A DNA stretch of 50,484 bases, counting the filler, from Sphacelaria rigidula (taxonomy: Eukaryota), in NCBI GenBank assembly GCA_964200075.2. It is 3 parts of 3 records of this genome, joined end to end, with 100 filler letters (N's around TTAATTAATTAA, not from the genome) between each part and the next. Parts side by side here need not be neighbours in the genome. Positions count along the whole stretch, not along the records: positions 16,864 to 33,624 come from CAXNAA020001259.1; positions 33,725 to 50,484 come from CAXNAA020001260.1; 1 more part is not named here. One strand, written 5' to 3'. The notes under the pieces are model-generated. The model ran no database searches. It was not told where the DNA came from and worked only from the letters and a program-made list of their open reading frames with translations. The first letter of the stretch is position 1. Each line of letters begins with the position of its first letter. Shown piece after piece: positions 31,675 through 42,500 of the stretch. Position numbers and translations under genes: made by a program.

Positions 31675-33624
31675 TGCGCGATCTCCTGCATGGGCCAGCG
31701 ACCGTTTTTTCCCCGTTTCCGGAAGAAAGAAGGGAGGGGGGGAAACCCGGAAGAAATGGCGCAAAACGCACGCATGTGCAAAACTAGCTTTTCGTTTTCG
31801 CTTCATCAGTGATGAGACTATACCTTCGCCTCGTTTGAAAGCATGTCCTCATGTTATCAGGAACGTTTAAAATGACAACAGGCAACATTCATGAAAATTC
31901 GGCCGACAAAGATACAAATTCGTCGAAATCGCCCTGAAGTTGGTCAAATTTGACTCAAATTTTCCCACAGTACCAACTCCGATTCTTCCCCATTTATCTG
32001 TCATGAGGATCTCCGTGAATGCATCGTTGCAGCGAAGCCAACTACAGCATCGCACACCATTCCGTTCAAAGTATATGATCCGCGCGCAAAACCTGATTTT
32101 TCTCATGTGTTGCAGAAAGTACAACTTATGGTCAGACAAGACAGGAATCCTGCAAGATATGCGTGGGAGACGCATGTGAGCAACAGCGTCGCCCTCCACG
32201 ACACGAAGGCCCATAGATATTTGCGGAGGTTGTGTTCCGTTTCACATATGCGGGAAAGGGGGAAGTTATGTTGGAATACAACCCCGTGCATCCCATATAT
32301 GTCGAAGAGTCGAGGCCGGTCCTTCATCTGAGTACGGAGACGCGCTCCGACACACTCCGGGGATGGTTGGAAAAGGGATTCGCCGGTGAAATACATGTTT
32401 CTGTGTCTCTGTAAACAACATAATTCGACATGAAACATCCTACAGAGCACAATCCATCGATTTCCTTTTCACGTCTTGCCCTTGGAATCCCTTAAATGGC
32501 GTGTTTACTGCGTCTGTGATGGTTTAAGAGACAACCAACTAGACTACTGACCAGTCAGCCCTGACTGGTCAGTAGTCACATACATCGTGCCCGCAGAGTC
32601 GTGGATGGGGTGTGAGTACAGGCACCCCTCATCATGGTCTTGGTGAACCATATATCCATGGGGAGGGAAAACAAAATTGCCAACACAGTCGACACGTGTC
32701 TTCCATTCGTCTCTTGAATAACTGTACCCCAAGTGCCGCCTGCGCCGTCGACAGTTCGGACCTGTCTCCACGATATTCCTTGCCATAGCCCCCAACCCGT
32801 AGCCATTACACAAACAACAGCGACCTACATCCTGCGTACCGGCACCACGATTGTGTTAGCCCCGGCGTCGTTCGATAGCGGGCGATGACGTGCGCCGGCA
32901 ACCCACCATCGCACAAGACGCGACGCCGAGTGAACACTGTGTCACCGACTTCGTCACAAATGCCGAAAAAGACCACATCCAATAGCCGAACCATCAGGTC
33001 AAACACGGGCAACCAACTTATTGAACACCATGGGAACGAACCGGGGACCCTGTCTGGCGCCATGCCAAGGTCATGAACGTCATGTGAGACCCCCTTCATC
33101 GCTCACACTTGCGGTGACCTGACGGGAAATGTATCACCGACGGCAAGCACGAGACAGTGCAGGCAAACGGCAAAACAGGTGGGGGTCGTGTTAAAATGAT
33201 GTCTGACAGTCATTAGGCGAGAGGGGGGCACCGATATTGCCGCCGTCTCCATCGGAAGAACAGCGAAATCATGCCACAACTTCCCCACCAGGAGTTCTTG
33301 CAACAACGCTACTGTTTGCGTTCTCTGCCGTTCCGCGTGATCGGTTCTCCAGTCGAACTGCTTTTCAAATACATACCCCCATGTATCCGTAACCGTATGT
33401 CGCAAGTCTCCTGTCCACGCATCACCCCACCCCACGAGCACATCGGGTCCATCATGATTACAGGCTGGTTCACGTTGATCACCCAAAATTGTGTCATTAG
33501 CAAATGCCTTCCGCAATACGCACCCAATAGTCGCATATATGGTCTCATACTGACCGCAATGAAGAGACGAAGAGGGTGACAGGGCCGGATTTTTCTTTGA
33601 GGCCGTAGCGGTGGCGCTATGGAC

Positions 33625-33724
33625 NNNNNNNNNNNNNNNNNNNNNNNNNNNNNNNNNNNNNNNNNNNNTTAATTAATTAANNNNNNNNNNNNNNNNNNNN
33701 NNNNNNNNNNNNNNNNNNNNNNNN
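33625..33724. other. Assembly gap (100 bp with artificial TTAATTAATTAA linker)
   Basis: N run with a central ttaattaattaa. Confidence 0.98.
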
Positions 33725-34049
33725 GGTCAGATTTCAGCGAGGGGGGTGATGTTCACCCTGAGCTGCACGGATTCTGCCCTAACTCGTTGCATACAGCACT
33801 GTTGCCATCGCAATTTTCGAGAGGAATGTTCTGTCTATATATGGACGCACCTTAATTGTTCATGCGTCTTCTCCTCCCTCCTGGGTGATGCCGTCTGGGC
33901 CGCTCTTGAATGCACAGCAGGTGCGGACCGTACTTGCGAAATCAGGAAATTTGCCATCATCCAATGATTTTCATCGTTTTTCGCGGAAGCGTTTAAAAGA
34001 CTATTAAAAAAAAAAACCCTGCGTAACACTGTGTAGTTGAGCATGCTTA

Positions 34050-37000
34050 TTCCACTGTGGATCATGACCACAGGGAACCCTCGCTTTCCGTTGCTCCACG
34101 GGTTGGAGAAGGGCCCCCAGCAGTGATCCGGTCGGTAAGTCAAGAGCTCACACCGTCACGAAGCACTCCCGAGAACTTCCCACCAGCGACACGGCATGAC
34201 GGTACGCCTCAGGCATTGGATGTGCCACTACCGCCCTCTGTCCTCCCTCGTTTCCCCCTGATCCAGCACCATCAAGGAGGTCGAGGCGGAACGTGTCGAG
34301 TCACAAGATCACCCTACCTACTGTCGGTTCGTTGTCGCATTCATTCACGTCCAGATCCGCCACTGGCGAACTCACACCACGACAGTCTCATGCGGGTAAC
34401 TGACGATTCGTCCCCCATGTTTCCACTCTTGGCCCCCGACAACGTGTCTCCCGATGAATCCGTGGAGACCATGTCTATTTTTAATTCATGTGCTGATGTT
34501 TCGAACGTGAGCTCCGCTGATGCAGTCACCGGAACCACGTCCGACGACGAAAAATCGCCGATCCGTTTATCCACTACCGTAAATGATTCGAGAGGCGCAT
34601 CGCAGTGCAGGGTTGAAATTTCTGCTGACCCCACACTAGGAACATCCAATACCAAGCCCGCCGTGCATGCCCCCCCCCTACCGACATCACAGCCGGCCCC
34701 GCTTCCACCGCGACGGCCATCCCTAATGGTCACACTCCCACAACAGTGTACGAGATATGTAGCCCTAACACCCAACATTGGAGAATACCCAAGATCAGTG
34801 CCCACATCTCAAGGCCCCACAAAACCACCCTAGATATATCTCAACACATATCGATTCGTTGCCAAACTTATGGCCCTGGCATCACCAGGCTCGGGCTCCC
34901 CTCAAACCTTTCTCACCACCAGTTGCTGGCGGAACATGCTCCACACCGGCGCGGCCGATGACGAATGTCTGTCCGCTGTCCCCCCCCACGCACCTTCGGT
35001 AGCTTCGGGTCAGGTTCTACGTTTGAGTGCCACCCAGGCTGTGCGATCAAGTGTTCAGCTCTTCAATGATACGCACCCCATGGCACGACCGTCTGTTTGA
35101 GCTTTGATTGTTCTGCGCAATGCCATGGCATTCGATGGTTTGTTGGGCAGAGAATAGCTGGTTGCGTTTTCCGACACATACATATGTTCGGCAGGAAGAT
35201 GTATTCGTGAAGGACGGACGCCCGCAATTTTTCCGACGTCTCCGCATTGACTGAGCACCCAACCAGTTGTTGAGGTATGCTTCGGCTCCGTTTCTACGTA
35301 CACTTTTGTCTGATATATGTCCCCGCATCGGTACCACTTCCCCAACTGATGTAGAGCAAAATGCCGACTGCAATGGACCAGTTTCAGATGATACAATGGT
35401 CTTGACCGTGTCGGATGACGATGCGGAAACCGACATTCCTCAAAAACTGTCGGATTGTTTCCAGCATGAGCAGCGAGCAATTTGTTTGCGACTATGGAAT
35501 GACGTCCCAACATACGTCTGTCACATTACCTTCAATCTCGACGGTGCCGGTTGGACTGCAGCGGTCATCGACAAACTTGTAGATGTTCTGACCCGCTATG
35601 CCGCGCGATTTTTCACCTCACCTCTGGATTTGTGTCGTTGCACGGTGGCCTCGTATAAAATCACCGTGCCATAAAGAGCGCTCCCCAGTTCTACACGCTC
35701 GTATCGCACGAAACCGCTGCTGGCGGATCAAGTACAAGTAGTCATAAATAGTCACCTAGCTGCGGAGATCATTCGCGTACGCCTCCACCGAGACTCAGGG
35801 TTTGAGCATGAGTGGGCTGACACCGAGACGTCAGGTTTGAGCATGAGTGGGCTGACATCTTCTGGCCCGAAAACGGCGCTCGGTGGCTTGCCCCCTCGAT
35901 CCCTTTTTCGGTTTCTGGGGATGCCAACACCAATGCAAGTACCCTATTTGGATATGAACGTTTCGGAGTGACGAACCGCTGCATCAATGTTGCCGCTGCA
36001 CCGGAGCTCCCCGTCCCCCCATCTGTTTTCACTGTACAAGTACGCGATCTCAGATCTAGTAGAACGAGGGTGGACAGCAAGAAGAAGTAAGTTTGTTTTC
36101 CCGCCAAGATTGGGCGCGAGAACAATATGCCGAGCTTGCGTGCCGCTCAGCAATACTGTACCTGTCCCAAAATTTCCCACTCCCATTCCCCTCCGCGGAT
36201 ATCCTCAAACCCGTCGGACGGCGCCGGGCATCCACACAGGATGACGTTGTTGAGCTGGCCCGCAAGGCGAACTGCACATTGGTGCTGACGGCATTGTACG
36301 TTTGGTTTGCAAACCGACGCAGGCACCTCAGTCACATCACCCTACCGGTAGATGTGCTCTATTACACCGTCAAGAAGCTCTTCGCATTCACGTGCCAATG
36401 CTGATGCGACCATGGATTTTGCACGAGTGTCATTCCAACGCTTCGACTGACCCAGACTATCGAGCGATTCTACTGGTGGATAGGTATCAATCAATGTGCC
36501 CGTTGGTAGTTACGTCGCTGTTTTATCTGTCATGCGCGCAAGACGTCTCCAGACCGTGCGTTGGCCAGTCACGTCCATGCCGCCCCAATGAGCTCGCTGA
36601 AGTTATATATTGGGACGTTTTGGGACCTTTGCCTCTCACCGAGAGTAGCAACAAGTACATAATGTTGATTACTGATCGATTAAGTCGCCCCTCCGGCATG
36701 CATGCTGTCTCAGAAACCAACTATTCCGCGGAGGGCGCTGTCAATACCCTGGTGTACAAATATATGCCACAATGGGGTGTCCTCCGGAAAGTTTTGTCCG
36801 ACAACGGCCAACACTTTTCTAGCAAAAATTCTGCTACGGTTAGTGCACTCTTGGGTTCCCACCGCATCTTTACAAGCCAGTACCATCCCCAAGCGAACGG
36901 TGAGACGGAACGTGTCAACCAAACGATGGCGCAAATGCTGTCAGCCGTCACAAACGAATGGCAAATAGATTGGGATCTGCATCTGCCCTTCGTCCAAATG

Positions 37001-37500
37001 AACTACGTAGGTTCGGTCCGCACACTGCCACCGGCCTTGTAGAATTCACATTGGTCGCGTGCCGCAACTGCCGTTGACTTTATCCGAGCGCCGCAACGTG
37101 AGCGGTCATCAGAGTTTGGCCCAGGATATCAGGGAGTACCATGAACTTTTGAGGCATCGTCTGCGGTTGGCATATGATTTGGTGCGCGAGCAAGACCAAA
37201 TCAATTTGGCAAAAAGCGATCAGTGCCAATGCCACGTTGGATGCGGTGATGCATAAGCGCCCAGTGTGGAAGGTAGGTGCATGGGCGTGGGTGTACAGCT
37301 ATACAGACAAGTCTCCAAGGCGCCAGCGCGAAAAGAGACTCGGCGGATAAGGTGTTGAAGGCCAAGTTGTCCCTGAATTGGATCGGGCCGTGAAAAACAT
37401 CGGGCGTCGGCCCCAGTGCTACAGCACCGGATGATCGGCCCATCGAGGGAAACCTGTTGTACCTCGATTTCCCCACGGATGAGGCTGGGCCTCCGCAGAA
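34050..37500 (+). mobile_element. Decayed Ty3/gypsy LTR retrotransposon internal region (RT N-terminus and integrase)
   Basis: RT lead-in LDLCRCTVASYKITVP*..RSYRTKPLLADQVQVVINSHLAAEII at ~35620-35775. Integrase core at 36420-37010. GPY/F-like KLSLNWIGP at ~37360-37390. Stops and frameshifts throughout. LTRs not delimited. Confidence 0.85.
36400..37010 (+). pseudogene. Retroviral-type integrase core (rve) remnant
   Basis: WILHECH; WDVLGPLPLTESSNKYIMLITDRLSR; VLSDNGQHF; TSQYHPQANGETERVNQTMAQML; DWDLHLP. The D,D(35)E motif is recognisable. Confidence 0.92.
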
Positions 37501-37506
37501 AAACTG

Positions 37507-37636
37507 AGTGTATGCGCATATGTGTATGCGTGTATGCGTGTATGTGTATGTGTGTATGAGTGTGGGTGTATGTATGTGTATGTGCATATGTGTGTATGCG
37601 TGTGCGTGTGTGTTTATGTGTGTGTATGTGTGTGTG
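37507..37636. repeat. (TG)/(TGTA) compound microsatellite
   Basis: gtgtatgcgcatatgtgtatgcgtgtatgcgtgtatgtgtatgtgtgt... Confidence 0.9.
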
Positions 37637-38224
37637 AACGGTCGCGTCGCCATGCTGTTTTGGAGCTGCCCCGTATGTTGGAGGTCGGGTTGACATGGTT
37701 CTGAAGTTGTGGTGCCTTTGTTCGAACATATTTATGTACCAAGGCAAGGTGATCCAAGTGCAACGGAACGAGCGTTTTTTGTTTTTTCGTTTCGACAGTT
37801 GGCTCAATCAACTGTCATAGGCCGCCGTACGGTATTTGTGAAGACCTCGCATTGTTTTATATCTAACAAGCCACCTGGAATCGGTGACCTGGTGAATTAT
37901 TGGAGGACGTGTGTGCGTTCATCGTATGCAATTGTGAGTTGCGAATATTCTGCAGCTTCGCCCTTTCGTCCTCGTTTGGCTCGACATTTCTGGAGAACTG
38001 AGACCAGGTTGTAGTCTTTCCCTCCACTGTCATCCATTCTGTGCCGAGGTACTCACTGCAGTTGCTCCTTGCTAGCTGTGAGGGTTTCAGTCACCTTCTT
38101 CCCTCGTTCATTGTTTTGGTTTTTCATGTTTTTGTTCCTGCGTCTCTCCGACCTTCACGGAAGCCACCAACACAGGCGGTTCTAGTGGCCTGGCGGATCC
38201 GAGAAGACCCGTCCCTTCTTTTCA

Positions 38225-38632
38225 GCCCAACGTTTGCGAAAACGGATGGCCGATACCCCAAGGGCTTCCTCAGTAAATGTTACTTTACGTAATCAGCCGT
38301 GTGTTCGATATTTGTGCCAACGGATGACCGATACCCCAAGGGCTTCCGTAGCAAATTGGCATGTGTCGGTGTCCATTATACTTTTTTTCTTTCTCTCGTT
38401 TCTTTAGTGTTTCTCGTTTTTGTTCGTTCGTCTCCACGACCTTCACTCCCTCGTTAATTGTTGGATCCGGCCCACCCCGTCTCTTCTCCTCAACCCAACA
38501 TTTGCAAAAACGGATGACCGATTCCCCAAGGGCTTCCTCAGCAAATTGTCACGTGGTTTGGGGTGTCACAACTGTGGAGTTTGTTGTCGGTGTGTGCGAT
38601 AATGGATGACCGATCCCCCGGACTTCCTCAGT
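38225..38632 (+). repeat. Four copies of a GGATGACCGATACCCCAAGGGCTTCCTCAG-like motif (probable gypsy 3' non-coding region)
   Basis: Copies at ~38243, ~38322, ~38512 and ~38604. Confidence 0.7.
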
Positions 38633-39527
38633 ACGCGTCGCGCGGGGATTGTCCCTGCACGGTCTTGGAACTTCAATTGGCCACTGCTGCCGCTCCTAGA
38701 CCCTATACCGCGAGCTATCTCGTCGGTCCTTACACCGGTGTGAGCTTTTGCATGCACTACCTCAATGTTGAAAGTGATGTCTTCTTAATCGTCATGCCTT
38801 GGCGGGTCCCCTTGAAGCCGATTAACGTGAACTCCTACCGCGAGTGTCGCGCTTCCCCTTGGTGTTCGTTCGATCGTGGGTACTACAGCTCCCGTTGCCT
38901 AAAAAGTAGCTTGGTTTGTGTGGGTTTCCCAAGTGTTTGATCGTAAAACCGTCCGGGCCACGCGCTGATCTTATCGACGGAGCGTAGCTTGTTTGTGTTC
39001 CATGTCAGTGGGTAGATTAATTGACCATCCGGGTCACGTGCTAATACTGCAGGTCGTAGTTGTCAGGCTCGGCGCCTCCTTTGTGTGTACCAGAGACTGG
39101 ATGATAGCGCAACCGCGTGAGTCATGCGCTGAGGCTGAAGGCCGTTGTTTGCCAGGCTAGACGAGTTCCCCATTGCTCTTTGTTTTGTTTCATCTTGCCC
39201 CTTTTTGTGGTGTGGGAGACTGAGGCGAAACGTGATTCTTCGAAGCTCTTTGAGCGTTTGTAAACTCACGCTTCAGAGTGGGCTATTGTCATGTTATTTG
39301 CAGGGGTTGATCTCGGGACCTGTCATCTCTCAGGCATACATGTTCCGGAGTACAGCAACGTTTGGATATGAATATTTGATTTGGCTGTGAGGGATGGCAG
39401 CTTGTTGAAAGATCCAAGTCGATGTTCCGAAAAGCAGTCGATGTGAGATATAAGTTATATTGTTGATTGTATTGTCTACTGCACATTGAATGTTCATGTG
39501 CACGACAGATAATCCATTTCGCACGTG

Positions 39528-42500
39528 TCAATCGAAGGTGTACCCCAGTGCATTCATGACACCCGACGCTCCACAGGCGTTCCACACAGCTGCTGCCTCT
39601 TCTTGCGGCATTTGGTTGCGCCAAAGCTTGGCCATTGCTGCTGCGTGTCTGCGTGTACCATACTTGTCCCAAGCTGCTCGCTCTGCCGTTTGGGCCTCGC
39701 AGTTGACATCGTGGGGACTATCATTGCTGTCGTCGAGTGCATTTCGTGATAGCCGGACGATGCAGGGGGAACAGCAGATCAGGTTGAGAAATCGTTTTGC
39801 CATGCAACGAAACTGTCCGTCTGCCTGCATGCATGCCTGCGTACTCGCCAGACTGAGTGTCTGGCAGATTGACTTCGTACGTTTGTTACGGATAATTTGT
39901 GTATACGCGGCTTGGTTGGACTCCAACAGCACCGATCGCGTAGACCGTCTTGGACAACACCAACAAGAGCGATATATCTTCACCAGGCACCAACCATCAC
40001 CGCTTACTCTTCTCGACATTTTCTCGTGGGAATGAGAAACGAAATCTCGGCTAAGTCAGTCGCACGACCTACCGTCATCACGTGGCTCACCTTTTATTTT
40101 TGACGAAATCTTCCCCGATAGGGCTCCCCGGAGAGTCGTGCGCTTTACTTTCGTCTTGCCTTGAGCCACCGACAGTCTGGCAGTAGCAGTGACGAGGGTT
40201 TGCACGATGATGGGTGACTACTTCGACGTGTCTTTCTTGTTCACAGTTAGCGATCGCCAAAATTTCAGACCTTCTCCCATTTCTTTTATTTGTCGACAAT
40301 AATGGCCCTTAGATCATCAAAATATTATGCTACTTTTGAAATGGAACAAATAACACATGTAATACAACACCTTGTTTCGGGAAGACCCACTGTTGTACGT
40401 ATCCTTTTGTAGCGAGAAAGGAACTTGTAAAGCATATTATAAACCATGCCAGTAGCCCACATATTGCGAAGAAGCTGTTTTGCAGCATACTCTCCCCCGT
40501 TGCAATTCAATAGTGCGACCAGAACACCGCTGTGATCGATTGATTGAGTGATTGGTTGATCATTGATGGTTGCTTGTTGACCCGCTTCGAGTCTAGCCGT
40601 GGTTACAAGCTAGACGTTACCAAGGCAATCAAAGCAGAAATACTCGCTGAAGAAATCTCGAGAAGATAAAGGAAAGAAAACGGTTGACAATGAACAGAGC
40701 GAACCGGGATCAAACAAAAGGCAGGAAAGGAAGCGAAACAGAAAAAACGAGAAAAACACCCCGTGAAGACTTCGTATAGATCTCGGGAAGCGCAGTAAAG
40801 GCTTTTTCTAGGGCTTCAGCTAGGAAGGTCGCACGAAGAAGACGTGGAAGTGAACACTAACACGACTCAGAGAGGGGAACAGACAGATCGAACGATGTAT
40901 ATATTTAGATGGGTAATGCTTTTTCCAAGTCTAGCTGCGGTTCGACTACCTGCCCGCGTTTGTCCCATGTGCCTTTCATCGACACAACAACACCCGAAAT
41001 GCACAACACACAGTCCGTAGCCATCGTTCAAGCCATCCCATGGTGCAACCGGCCTCGTAGCGGACGAGAAACGCGTCTGCTGCACAGTGTTGTGAAGTAC
41101 CACCGCCGGACTGGAGGTGGACATGAGCTATGTCCAAGTCAGACTTGGACACGACTCATGTCCACCTCCAGCGAGTGGAATGCTTGTCCGCGCTTGTCCC
41201 ATGTGCCTTGCATCGACACCACAACGCCTGGAATACGCTCACACAGTCCGTAGTCACCGTTCAAGCCATCGCACGATGCAAACGGCCTCGTAGCGTACGA
41301 GAAAAGCGCCTGCTACACACAGTGCCAAAACCATACCGCCAACCGGCTGGAGTTGGACATAAGCTATATCCAAGTCGAGACTTGAACATAGCTCATGTCC
41401 AATTCCAGCGAGTATAATACCTGTCCGCACCCGTCCCATATACCATTCTTCGACACCACAGCAGCTGCAATACACTCACACAGTCCGTAGCCATCGTTCA
41501 AGCTATCGTGGGATACATACGGGGTTGTGTAGCGTACCAGAAACGCGCCTGCTGCACACAGTGTAAAACACTACCGCTACCCGACTGGAGTTGGACATGA
41601 GCTATGTCCAAGTCCAGCGAGTGGGATACCTATCCGCGCTGATCGCATGTGCCTGGGATCGACACCACAGCAGCTGCAATATACTCACACAGTCTGTGGC
41701 CATCGTTCAAGCCATGGTGCGGCGTTGTAACGGAGGAGAGACGCGTCTGCTGCACACAGGGTAAAAACGTGCATCTGCTCCGGACTGGACTTGGACATAA
41801 CTCTTGTCAAAAACACGACTCACGCAACTTGGACATAAGCTATATTGGCTGAGGGCATGAGAGCACGTAATCATGTGCTTGCGATTGATAGCAGCCGCGT
41901 TGCAGACAAGAACGCCAACAGGTGATTGCCGCTAGTACATTCTGCCCGCCTTACTCCCCGATGCACGAAGGTTTTGAGTAGCGTGAGCATGTATCTACCG
42001 GCAGTGTTCGATAAACTAGAAATGTACACGTTGCTCAGGTATCCCGCGTCTCTCCATGTATATTGCCCACTGCCCGTGTAACCTGGAGCTGTTGGATACG
42101 GAGTGCGAATAACGTGTACCAGCCGCAAAGGTGGCTTATGAATCAACCCTTTCTTCGTCGCACCGGCGGTGTCCTCGACACTAAACCAGTGGGTCGATCC
42201 CCTACGGCTGTAGGAGCTGCGAGAAATGACCCCTATGTTGTATAGTCTATCTAGAGGCCCACGATGGCTTCAGCGGTGGCCACGGGCTGTGTGAACTTAT
42301 TGCAGCTGCTGTGGTGTCGATACCAGGCACATGGGACGAGAGCGGACAGGTATTCCAGTCGCTGGACTAGGGCGTAGCTTACGTCCAACTCCAGTCGGTT
42401 GGCGGTACTTTTTTGGCACTGTGTGTAGCAGGCGCATTTCGCGTACGCAACGAAGCCGTTTGCAACGTGGGATGGCTTAAACGATGGCTACGGACTATGT

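Noticed and set aside
34057-34833. 258-aa Pro/Ser-rich ORF as a host gene
   Set aside because: Low complexity and directly upstream of gypsy pol remnants. More likely part of the decayed retroelement.
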